Below are positions 1 to 8,648 of a DNA stretch of 64,000 bases, one piece after another. Below the pieces are notes generated by a model, which was not told where the DNA came from, ran no database searches, and saw only the letters and a list, made by a program, of their open reading frames with translations. The DNA is from a bacterium. GTDB lineage: Bacteria > AUK180. How positions within the stretch are numbered: position 1 is the stretch's first letter; the number at the start of each line of letters is the position of its first letter. The stretch lies in assembly GCA_023144005.1 (NCBI GenBank), contig JAGLGN010000014.1, positions 29,984-93,983 of the forward strand, in the 5' to 3' direction. The position numbers were made by a program, and so were the translations under genes.

Positions 1-174
1 AAGGGAATTCAGTACATCAATGTTCTTGCTGTCAATGTCATAAGCTTTCCGAAACTCTTTCAGGGCTTCATCGAGGGAATTGTCCTCTAAATACAGTTCC
101 CCCATTTCGATAAGATCCCTGATGTTACTTTTGTTTTCTTCCATTTCTTTACACCACTTTGCACAAGACTTCTG

Positions 175-726
175 CTATTTCCTTTTCTTGCGCTTAATAT
201 TTGGCCCCACATTCTTCTTTTCGGATTTCACCTCTGTCTTTTCTTCTTTTTTTACTTCTTCTTTCGCAGGTTTCTCTTCTTCCTTTGCTTCGGCTTCTTT
301 TTCCGCTACAGGCTCTTCTTTCACTTCTTCAACGGGTGCAGGTTCTACTTTTTTCTCCTCGGCAGGCGCATCTTTTTTGGGAGAAATTTTAAGATCCCCC
401 ATATCAATTTTCAGCATATCAATATTACCGCGAAATTTAGCTCCATCTTTGATAACAAGCCTTGGTGCCTTGATGTCTCCTATCATTCTCCCGGATTCGG
501 TTATCTCGATCTTATCATTTACTGTAATATTCCCGTTTATCCGACCACTGATCTCGGTGTTTTGAGTCTGAACATCCGCCTCAAGCACCCCGGTCTCCAT
601 TATTGTAAGATTCTTATTTAACTTGATCGACCCCTCAACTCTTCCTTCAATGATCAGATCTTCATCACCTTCAAGTTCACCTTTGATAACAATCGTTTTT
701 CCAATGACAGTATGTTTATCTTCCAT
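175..726 (-). CDS. Bactofilin (polymer-forming cytoskeletal protein) with Glu/Lys-rich C-terminal tail
   Basis: TVIGKTIVIKGELEGDEDLIIEGRVEGSI beta-helix repeats; AGGAG RBS upstream. Confidence 0.92.
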   Translation of the reverse strand: MEDKHTVIGKTIVIKGELEGDEDLIIEGRVEGSIKLNKNLTIMETGVLEADVQTQNTEISGRINGNITVNDKIEITESGRMIGDIKAPRLVIKDGAKFRGNIDMLKIDMGDLKISPKKDAPAEEKKVEPAPVEEVKEEPVAEKEAEAKEEEKPAKEEVKKEEKTEVKSEKKNVGPNIKRKKRK

Positions 727-744
727 GTGCTTCCTCCTTTTGGA

Positions 745-1149
745 TTATTCCTTGTCTTCTGCGCTTTTCTGCATATCGATACTCCCCCGGAATACCGCAC
801 CGTCAGCTAAAACAACTCTGGGAGATTTGATATCTCCAGTCATTTTTCCATGATCCGTTATCTCAACGCGGTTGGTCGCTATGATATTTCCTGTGAGTTT
901 TCCCGAGACCTTGATCTCCGAAGTATCAATATCAGCTTTGACATCTCCCGTCATATCAATAAGAAGATGCTTCTTCAGATTGATATTTCCCTCGATCTTA
1001 CCTTTAATAATAAGATCCTCTTTACCAGATACCTCCCCTCTTATCAGTATAGATTCTCCAATGACGGTAGGTTTGGATTCGCTTGACGCACCGGCGTTTT
1101 TGTATTCCCCGGGCTTACCTTGCTCATTTAATTTTCTGTTATCATCCAT
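745..1149 (-). CDS. Bactofilin (polymer-forming cytoskeletal protein)
   Basis: TVIGESILIRGEVSGKEDLIIKGKIEGNI repeats; start reassigned to ATG 1149 with AGGAGG RBS, because the track's TTG at 1197 is a -35 box. Confidence 0.92.
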   Translation of the reverse strand: MDDNRKLNEQGKPGEYKNAGASSESKPTVIGESILIRGEVSGKEDLIIKGKIEGNINLKKHLLIDMTGDVKADIDTSEIKVSGKLTGNIIATNRVEITDHGKMTGDIKSPRVVLADGAVFRGSIDMQKSAEDKE

Positions 1150-1168
1150 GATTCTATCCTCCTGTAAA

Positions 1169-1197
1169 ATCTTAACACATAACCCGGGATATGTCAA
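1169..1197 (-). promoter_or_regulatory. sigma70-type promoter of the bactofilin pair
   Basis: TTGACA (1197-1192), 17-nt spacer, TGt-TAAGAT (1174-1169). Confidence 0.7.
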
Positions 1198-1438
1198 TTC
1201 TTTGATTGATGCCTGATTTGATTAATGCCATAACATATTGGACTTTTGCTTCCGCTCCATATAGTTCTCCATGTAATACTCTATCGTTGACGTTTTCCTT
1301 TCCTTTTTACCGCTAACGGACATCTATATTTAAATATTTCTGCTTTCCTTGCATAATTCCAGCGGATCATCTTTTCTCTCTTGCACATAATGGCACTCTG
1401 TTCTTTTCATGTGTGTTATCTATTTGTGATAATAACAA

Positions 1439-1467
1439 TTGAATAAGAAAAGCATTTTTGGTATAAT
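1439..1467 (+). promoter_or_regulatory. sigma70-type promoter, probably leaderless, of the coiled-coil gene
   Basis: TTGAAT-17-TATAAT with extended TG; ATG follows 5 nt after the -10; no SD. Confidence 0.65.
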
Positions 1468-1472
1468 TCACC

Positions 1473-3530
1473 ATGATAAACAAGGATCGCTTGCCTAAAC
1501 TAGAGAAACTTCCTTCATATGGCAAATTCGGCTCCCTGATCAAACTTAATGATGTGGAGAAACTTGTTTCAAAATACCTTCTGGCATTCGACGAACTCTT
1601 TAATGAAATTGAAAAATCGAGAGAATTAACATCACAGTTCAAAGAATTGAAAGCTGAACATCAAAAGATCCTGAAGAGAAAAGATAAGAATGAAGAAGAA
1701 TTACAGAGAAAACTTGGACTGGCCAAAGATAGATTCCTGAATATGAAAAGTGAGATCAAGGGCCTTAACAAGCAGATCAGCGACCTGAAAAAACAAACCG
1801 AATCGGTGGGCGCATCCTTTGAAGAAATTGAAAAAGACCGTAATGAAAAAGATAATGAACTCAAGGCCCTTGAAAATAGCAATGACGGGATTAAAAACGA
1901 CCTGAAGGACGCGAAGAAAGAGAATAGACGGCTTTTAAAGGAAAACACAACCGCGGTGGAGGCTTTGGAAAAACTGGAGAATGATCAGAAAGAAAAGACT
2001 TCCGAGATTTCCGGGTTAAGGTTAAAAATCGACGAGATTCAAGCTGAGAAAGAAAGAATTCAAAACGAATTCGATGGTCTGAACAATAATTTGTCCGATT
2101 ATGCTTTTGACAAGGAGAACCTGAACGAGCAGCTTGAAAAGGTCACAACTAAACTATCGGATAATGAAAGCGCTTTGAAGAACAACAACAATATCATCAA
2201 GAATCTGAGTGCGACCATAGATGAACTCAGAGGTGAAATAAAAGACCTTGATAAGGACAAGGAGGATCACAGAATCGGAATGAAGGAATTGCAATCACTT
2301 CAGAAGGCCGCTGACAAAGATAAGGTGAAACGGGAAAATAAAATTGTCAAATTTGAGAATAAAATAGAAAAACTGGAGTCAGAAAAAAGGGCCGTTGCCG
2401 ATGAAAGGGATTCTATTTCAGAAGACTTGAAAAAACAAATAGATAAACTGAATATCGATATATCCGAATTTGAGGAACTGCTTTCCGATTCCGAGGTCGA
2501 CCAGGATCGTTTAAAAAGCGATACTGAAGATAGTAAGGCTCACATTAAAGACCTTGAGGCTACTATAGATAGCCTCAGAAAGAGTCTTGAAGAAAATGAT
2601 GAAAAACTAAAAGAGAACGAAGCAGAAAAAGAAAGGTGCGCCTCTGAGCTGAAGAACAATCTAGAATCGAGGGACAGTGAGATCTCACAAATCAGCAGAG
2701 AACTCGATGCAATCACGCAGGACGATTTATCGGCACAGAATGAGCTCAAGGAAAAAGAACAAAGTATAACCATGCTGAACAGGGAGATAGAAGACAAAGA
2801 TAAGCAGATCGATCGGCTCGGAATAAAGCTTGAGGAATTATCTAAGGACGACCTTGATAGAAAATCGGAGCTAAAAGAAAAGGCGTCGCTTATTGACAAA
2901 CTGAGTAAAAACATTTTTGAAATGACTTCTGAAAATTCCGGGCTTAAGGATGACCTGGAAAAACTGAGCAATGAAAGAGACGAAAAAGTAACTCTTGTCT
3001 CAGAGCTGAGTGAAAAGATCGGGCAGCTTGAAGATCAGGACGGTAATATAAAAAGCAGTATTGCTGAAAAAGAAGGGTTGATCGCAAATCTGGAAAAGGC
3101 TAATGCGGATATCCTGAAAGAAAGGGAGGATCTTAGTAAAGAAATAAAGATTATCCTCGAAGAGATAAAAAAGGAAAAAGAGAATAACAAAGAATTGAGT
3201 AAACAATTGAAATTAAGAGAAAAGGAAATGGAGGGACTTCTTAAAAAGATAGACGAGGTTCTGGGGACTCAACTTAAAGAGGTCGAGGATCCACTTGCGG
3301 AATATCTGAATCTCCAGAAACTGGAACTAGAGGAAATACCCAGCGACAAACAAACAACTGGCGGAGATGAATCAGATATGCAAAGCAAATTGATGAACAC
3401 CATGAAGGAAAACAAGGAATTGAGAGAGCAGATGACAGAACTGCAAGACATTCTGCAATCCAGGGGGAATGAGCTAATCCGTTTCAAAGAGCAAGTGGCG
3501 GCTCTTCAGAAAAGGCTTGACGGATCTTGA
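1473..3530 (+). CDS. Long coiled-coil protein (685 aa) with no recognisable catalytic domain
   Basis: E/K/L-rich heptads along almost the whole length; no signal peptide, TM segment or Walker motif seen. Confidence 0.8.
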   Translation: MINKDRLPKLEKLPSYGKFGSLIKLNDVEKLVSKYLLAFDELFNEIEKSRELTSQFKELKAEHQKILKRKDKNEEELQRKLGLAKDRFLNMKSEIKGLNKQISDLKKQTESVGASFEEIEKDRNEKDNELKALENSNDGIKNDLKDAKKENRRLLKENTTAVEALEKLENDQKEKTSEISGLRLKIDEIQAEKERIQNEFDGLNNNLSDYAFDKENLNEQLEKVTTKLSDNESALKNNNNIIKNLSATIDELRGEIKDLDKDKEDHRIGMKELQSLQKAADKDKVKRENKIVKFENKIEKLESEKRAVADERDSISEDLKKQIDKLNIDISEFEELLSDSEVDQDRLKSDTEDSKAHIKDLEATIDSLRKSLEENDEKLKENEAEKERCASELKNNLESRDSEISQISRELDAITQDDLSAQNELKEKEQSITMLNREIEDKDKQIDRLGIKLEELSKDDLDRKSELKEKASLIDKLSKNIFEMTSENSGLKDDLEKLSNERDEKVTLVSELSEKIGQLEDQDGNIKSSIAEKEGLIANLEKANADILKEREDLSKEIKIILEEIKKEKENNKELSKQLKLREKEMEGLLKKIDEVLGTQLKEVEDPLAEYLNLQKLELEEIPSDKQTTGGDESDMQSKLMNTMKENKELREQMTELQDILQSRGNELIRFKEQVAALQKRLDGS

Positions 3531-3551
3531 TCCGGATATTATCAGGGACGG

Positions 3552-3908
3552 TCAGTCTGAATTTTTATCGATATAATCTGAAATTAATCTGACATCGGTG
3601 TCAGACATATCTTTGAATTCTATACCGAAATCATACAGAGTCCTATTATTTTCGTGCTTTGTAAATACCCTCACCACCTGACCCTGACACTCGATCACCT
3701 TATCTTCAAATTCAAGATCAAAGACAAGCGGTTTAAATACAGAAAGTTCGATCACACTGTCAGTTTCAAGATCTAACTCCAGACAGGTCCCCCCTCCGCT
3801 TATATTAATCAGTTTGGCCGAATATTCCTTTGCATCTCCGCCAAACATGAATTTAATATCAGCGCTATGAGTGTGCAGCCGCTCATGTTTTCTCTTATTC
3901 TCATTCAT
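3552..3908 (-). CDS. PilZ domain protein (c-di-GMP receptor)
   Basis: KRKHER (RxxxR) and NISGGG (D/NxSxxG) motifs; AGGAG RBS. Confidence 0.88.
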   Translation of the reverse strand: MNENKRKHERLHTHSADIKFMFGGDAKEYSAKLINISGGGTCLELDLETDSVIELSVFKPLVFDLEFEDKVIECQGQVVRVFTKHENNRTLYDFGIEFKDMSDTDVRLISDYIDKNSD

Positions 3909-3932
3909 TTAAATTCTCCTTTATATAAAAGC

Positions 3933-3961
3933 AGTATATAATAAAATACCCGGATTATCAA
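3933..3961 (-). promoter_or_regulatory. sigma70-type promoter of the PilZ gene
   Basis: TTGATA-17-TATACT. Confidence 0.55.
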
Positions 3962-4039
3962 GATAGCCTGATCCAAAGTTGGAGTATTGTAATGCAGGAA
4001 TCGTCAATAGCTTCCCTTGATATCGGCTTCGCTTTACCC

Positions 4040-4148
4040 CACACTTCACACTTTCAATGGATGGATTCCTGATATTAAACCTTGTCCCCGGGACACTGGG
4101 TCACTGCTTTCGGCATTGTCCATTGTCAATTATACATTGTCCATTGTG
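4040..4148. repeat. Short tandem heptamer arrays downstream of tRNA-Leu
   Basis: CACACTT x2 (4040-4053); CATTGTC-CATTGTC-AATTATA-CATTGTC-CATTGTG (4114-4148). Confidence 0.7.
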
Positions 4149-4155
4149 TTTATCG

Positions 4156-4244
<89 letters not shown>

Positions 4245-4291
4245 GATTTGAAAAGGATGCCTTTCGGCTACCTTTGAGTTTGTTAACTACT

Positions 4292-4321
4292 TATTGTACT
4301 GTCTCGTAAATAAAGTACACA
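4292..4321. mobile_element. Solo or collapsed copy of the MITE terminal inverted repeat
   Basis: TATTGTACTGTCTCGTAAATA is near-identical to the termini at 45308-45330 and 45543-45565. Confidence 0.6.
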
Positions 4322-4327
4322 GCCTAC

Positions 4328-4720
4328 TTATTTATTGTCTGGCTTTGCTGCCGGAGCAGGTTCTGCGGGCTCAGGTGTTTCTGTGACCGGCATTGCCGCT
4401 GTCTCACCCTGTCCGGGGAGAGGCATTTCACTTTCCTGCTGAACCTCTGTCTGACCGGTTGTCCCCGCCTTTTTCATAAGAGAGGTTTCCGCCCTCTTGG
4501 TACTACCAGCAAGGATCAAAGAGATCACAAAAAAGAGTATGGCCAATATGGTCGTGAGTCTGTTCAGGAACTTGTTCCCTCCGGTAGCACCGAAGAATGA
4601 ATCTCCGCCGCCGCCGCCAAACAAACTTGACATATTTCCACCCTTGCCTGATTGTAAAAGAACAGAAATAATGAGTATTATACAAACAATAATGTAGATT
4701 GTCAATAAAAGTGCAAACAT
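4328..4720 (-). CDS. secG: Preprotein translocase subunit SecG
   Basis: VLLQSGKGG...FGGGGG...FLNRLTTILAILF; located after tpiA. Confidence 0.95.
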   Translation of the reverse strand: MFALLLTIYIIVCIILIISVLLQSGKGGNMSSLFGGGGGDSFFGATGGNKFLNRLTTILAILFFVISLILAGSTKRAETSLMKKAGTTGQTEVQQESEMPLPGQGETAAMPVTETPEPAEPAPAAKPDNK

Positions 4721-4722
4721 TC

Positions 4723-5469
4723 TTAATCCTCCCTTGAAAGTCTAGTGATCTGAGCGAAGGTTTCAGGAGATAAGCTTGCGCCGCCCACCAAAAAACCGTC
4801 TATATCTTTCATATTCATTAATTGTTTTGTGTTATCCGGCTTAACGCTGCCGCCATATAATATGGATGTGGCATCACCGCAGCCTTCACAGAATTTTTCA
4901 ACCGTTTTACGGATGAAGGCATGAGCTTCCTGGGCGATTTCCGGCGTAGCCGTTTCACCTGTTCCGATAGCCCATACTGGTTCATACGCAATTATCAGGT
5001 CTGAGACACACCCGATGGATTTCAAGCCTTCCTTGAGCTGGTGGCCGAGAACATCAAAGGTCTTGCCTGATTTTCTTTCTTCCAGTGTTTCACCAATACA
5101 GAATACCGGAATAAGATTGTTCTTCAAAGCGGAAACGACTTTGCGATTTAATAATTCGTCTTTCTCTCCGAAGACATGCCTTCTTTCAGAATGGCCGACA
5201 AGGATATATTTGCAGCCAAGGTCACGGAGCATTCCGGGAGAGATCTCGCCTGTGAACGCACCCTTTTCCTTATCATACATATTTTCTCCGCCATAAAGCA
5301 TCTTGTCCTGCTCCTGAAAGAGGTGAAGGTAGATCGAAGGAGGAAAAATAATGTTCTTCACACCCTCAATATCCGCCACCAATTGCGGGAAATCTTTAAT
5401 AAAATCGGCAATAGCCAATGAATTCAAATTCATCTTCCAATTGCCTGCAACTATCTTTTCTCTCATCAT
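4723..5469 (-). CDS. tpiA: Triosephosphate isomerase
   Basis: AGNWKMN, GHSERR, AYEPVWAIGTG, YGGSV motifs. Confidence 0.99.
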   Translation of the reverse strand: MMREKIVAGNWKMNLNSLAIADFIKDFPQLVADIEGVKNIIFPPSIYLHLFQEQDKMLYGGENMYDKEKGAFTGEISPGMLRDLGCKYILVGHSERRHVFGEKDELLNRKVVSALKNNLIPVFCIGETLEERKSGKTFDVLGHQLKEGLKSIGCVSDLIIAYEPVWAIGTGETATPEIAQEAHAFIRKTVEKFCEGCGDATSILYGGSVKPDNTKQLMNMKDIDGFLVGGASLSPETFAQITRLSRED

Positions 5470-6650
5470 TCCTCCAATGCCCTGAATCCGGGAAGGTTCA
5501 CTCCCGATAACATCTCCAGCGAAGCTCCGCCGCCGGTTGAGATGTGGGACATTTTATCACTTTTATTAAATTTCTTTACCGACGAGGCGGAATCTCCTCC
5601 ACCCACTACGGTAATACCCTCGCACTCTGCCATCGCGTCAATAACGGCAACGGTGCCCCGGGCGTATTCATCTATTTCAAAGATCCCCATGGGGCCGTTG
5701 AATACAACAGAACCCGATTTAACTATCAGGCCGCTGAATAATTCACAGGTCCGCGGGCCGATATCCACTCCTATATCCGAATCCTGCATGGCGATGACAT
5801 CACGGATCTCCTTGTACTTCGGAGATTCAATGCTGTCAACCGCGAGAGTATCCACGGGAAGCACTAATTTGTCACCCGCCCTTTCCATTATTCTCGATGC
5901 GATGTCAAGAGATTCCTCTTCCAGCAAAGACTTTCCGACATTATAGCCCTTTGCCTTCAGGAAAGTGAACATCATTCCGCCGCCGATAAGTATATGGTCG
6001 GCCTGCACTATCATTGTTTCCAATAGTCCTATCTTGTCTTTTACTTTGGCGCCTCCGCTTATTACCGAATACGGCCTTTCCGGAGTTGTGAGCTTTTCAT
6101 TCAAATACATATACTCTTTTTCCACAAGGAAGCCCATCGCTTTGTTCTCCATGGGAAAAAGCCCGGGCAGGGTGAAGACGGAAGCATGTTCTCTGTGCAT
6201 TGTACCAAAGGCATCATTTACATAGAATTTCGCGCCGAGAGCAGATAATTGTTTCGCAAATTCAGCATCGCCTTTCTTTTCGGCTTTGTGGAACCGGAGA
6301 TTCTCAAGCAAGAGAATTTGGCCCGACTGAAGGTCAGAAACGAGGCTGTTGACATCCTCGCCGATCACTTGCTTAGAATATTTAACATTCGCGCTGCCAA
6401 GATACTCCTGTAATTTCTCAAATACGGGCTTCAGAGAAAATTCCTCTTCATAACCGATACCGGAAGGTCGCCCCAAATGCGAAGCTACTATTACCCTAGC
6501 GTCTTTTTCCAGTAGATATTTGATCGTCGGCAGGGCGGCATCGATCCTTTTAGTATCTTTAATAATACCATCTTTAACCGGGACATTGAAATCCACCCTA
6601 AGAAAAACTACATCGGCTTTCCCGATGGTAAGCCGCTTTATCGAGTTCAT
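5466..6650 (-). CDS. pgk: Phosphoglycerate kinase
   Basis: RVDFNVP, SHLGRP, LLENLRF, STGGGASLE motifs. Confidence 0.99.
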   Translation of the reverse strand: MNSIKRLTIGKADVVFLRVDFNVPVKDGIIKDTKRIDAALPTIKYLLEKDARVIVASHLGRPSGIGYEEEFSLKPVFEKLQEYLGSANVKYSKQVIGEDVNSLVSDLQSGQILLLENLRFHKAEKKGDAEFAKQLSALGAKFYVNDAFGTMHREHASVFTLPGLFPMENKAMGFLVEKEYMYLNEKLTTPERPYSVISGGAKVKDKIGLLETMIVQADHILIGGGMMFTFLKAKGYNVGKSLLEEESLDIASRIMERAGDKLVLPVDTLAVDSIESPKYKEIRDVIAMQDSDIGVDIGPRTCELFSGLIVKSGSVVFNGPMGIFEIDEYARGTVAVIDAMAECEGITVVGGGDSASSVKKFNKSDKMSHISTGGGASLEMLSGVNLPGFRALEE

Positions 6651-7664
6651 TTATTCTTTATCTGCCATGTATTTTATGAGGTCGGCCATTCTACAGGAAT
6701 AACCCCATTCATTGTCATACCATGAGAATATCTTTGCCGTCTTTCCCATCACTCTGGTCATTGCAGGATCAAATATTGAGGAGTGTGAATTACCGATAAA
6801 ATCGGTTGAGACAAGCGGGTCTTCTTCATATTCCAAAATTCCCTTCAATTCTCCATTGGCGTATTCTTTCATCTTACCATTGAGTTCTTCTACCGTAACT
6901 TCTTTGTTAAGCTCTACCGTAAGGTCGACCATGGAAGCGTCCGGGGTAGGAACTCTGACTGCAAGGCCGTCAAGTTTTCCATCCAATTCAGGAATTACAA
7001 GGCCAACGGCTTTTGCGGCACCGGTGGTGGTGGGGATCATGGACATAGCCGCGGCACGGCCTCTTCTGAGGTCGCTATGGGGCAGGTCAAGGATCTTCTG
7101 ATCGTTCGTATAGGCATGTATCGTTGTCATAAACCCGTGGTCCAGCCCGAATTCCTTATTCAGAACATAGGCGACAGGGGCAAGACAATTTGTTGTACAG
7201 GAAGCATTCGAGATAATGAAATGCTTTGCCGGATCATAATTTTTATGGTTAACACCCATTACAAAGGTCGCGTCCGCACCGGGAGAACCTTTTGCGGGAA
7301 CACTCAGAACAACACGCTTGGCTCCTGCCTGAAGATGAAGAGATGCCTTCTCATGTGTTCTGAAGATACCTGTGCATTCCAGCACATAATCTACTCCCAA
7401 TTCCTTCCAGGGAAGTTTTGAGGGGTCTCTTTCTTTGTATATTTTGAACTTTTTACCGCTTATGTTCAGAAATTCACCTTCAACCTTTACCGGATGGGGA
7501 AATTTCCCGTGAACACTATCATATTTCAGAAGATGGGCCAATGTTGCGGGATCGGTCAGATCATTAATAGCAACTACATCAATATCCGAAAAGCAATCAC
7601 AGCTCAATAACCTCTTGAAAACAAGGCGGCCGATTCTACCAAAACCATTAATTGCAACTTTCAT
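6651..7664 (-). CDS. gap: Type I glyceraldehyde-3-phosphate dehydrogenase
   Basis: [30 protein letters not shown] motifs. Confidence 0.99.
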   Translation of the reverse strand: MKVAINGFGRIGRLVFKRLLSCDCFSDIDVVAINDLTDPATLAHLLKYDSVHGKFPHPVKVEGEFLNISGKKFKIYKERDPSKLPWKELGVDYVLECTGIFRTHEKASLHLQAGAKRVVLSVPAKGSPGADATFVMGVNHKNYDPAKHFIISNASCTTNCLAPVAYVLNKEFGLDHGFMTTIHAYTNDQKILDLPHSDLRRGRAAAMSMIPTTTGAAKAVGLVIPELDGKLDGLAVRVPTPDASMVDLTVELNKEVTVEELNGKMKEYANGELKGILEYEEDPLVSTDFIGNSHSSIFDPAMTRVMGKTAKIFSWYDNEWGYSCRMADLIKYMADKE

Positions 7665-7690
7665 AAAATAAATCCTCCAATCAATAAAGT

Positions 7691-8641
7691 CTATTTAAAC
7701 AATAAACTGATTCCCAAGTGATTTGTCTCGCCGATATCACCGAAGGGAACATAGGCATAATCGAACTGCAGAGTAAGGATATCAACCTTTCTGTTGCCCT
7801 GGGTCTTCTGAAAAGTATGATCAAACCCAACTCCGAAGCCTACGCTTCCTGTCTCCACATTGGAATATCCCACACGAAGAGGGATGGCGCCGAACAAGGA
7901 ATACTCAAGGCCCACAGATATTACCGCCGGATTTCCCGAAGGTATGGATGCCTGAAGCGAAAGATCCATTCCTTTGATGAGTTTGTAATTACCGCCGATA
8001 ACAATATTCATGGGTATCTTTTCTGTCGGTACTTCATAATCGCCTATGACATCCCGCTCGTACAAGAGGCCCGAGCCGAGGTTTGAAATAGCAAGGCCGA
8101 CATTTCCATTGCCTATCTTATACTTCATACCGATATCCATAAGAAAGGTCTCCGCGAGAACATTCGCAAGTTCTTCTTTGTAAAATTTACCCGCGATGGC
8201 AAAGGAGAAGTTATCTCCTAATTTTTTCCCGTATGTCAAAAAGAATTGATTGTAACTCACATCGAACTGCTCGACCGACTCTTCCCAGCTTCCCCATGTA
8301 AATGCGTCTATGGGCTCTGTAAAAAACACATTGACCGCAAGGCCGAAGAAATCTGTTTCCGTGAAGGGAATGCAGAACGCGAAATATTCCATGGATGTAT
8401 CCACGAGGTAATTTGTCTGGCCGATTGAAACAGAGGCCGCGGTAAAGGAAGTTACATTCGCAGGGTTGTAGAATATTGCCAAGGGTTCATTGCTTGAGGT
8501 GACCATGGCATTTCCCAGCGCATATGCCTTTGCTCCGATGGGCATTAAAAGGAATGCTCCGGAGGTCTCACCGTTAGAAGCCGCAAATGTGGATACTGCA
8601 AAAAGGATGACCACCAGTGTTATTATTATTTTTTTCATCAT
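7691..8641 (-). CDS. PorV/PorQ-like (FadL-related) outer-membrane beta-barrel
   Basis: Signal peptide; [16 protein letters not shown]...AIFYNPA N-terminal motif; amphipathic strands; C-terminal HLGISLLF. Confidence 0.8.
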   Translation of the reverse strand: MMKKIIITLVVILFAVSTFAASNGETSGAFLLMPIGAKAYALGNAMVTSSNEPLAIFYNPANVTSFTAASVSIGQTNYLVDTSMEYFAFCIPFTETDFFGLAVNVFFTEPIDAFTWGSWEESVEQFDVSYNQFFLTYGKKLGDNFSFAIAGKFYKEELANVLAETFLMDIGMKYKIGNGNVGLAISNLGSGLLYERDVIGDYEVPTEKIPMNIVIGGNYKLIKGMDLSLQASIPSGNPAVISVGLEYSLFGAIPLRVGYSNVETGSVGFGVGFDHTFQKTQGNRKVDILTLQFDYAYVPFGDIGETNHLGISLLFK

Positions 8642-8648
8642 TGTCTCC

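Noticed and set aside
1200-1410. Short minus-strand reading frames between the bactofilin and coiled-coil genes (possible decayed gene)
   Set aside because: Fragments of about 26-35 aa in different frames with no recognisable homology
1473-3530. SMC/SbcC assignment for the coiled-coil protein
   Set aside because: No Walker A/B, signature or hinge motifs visible
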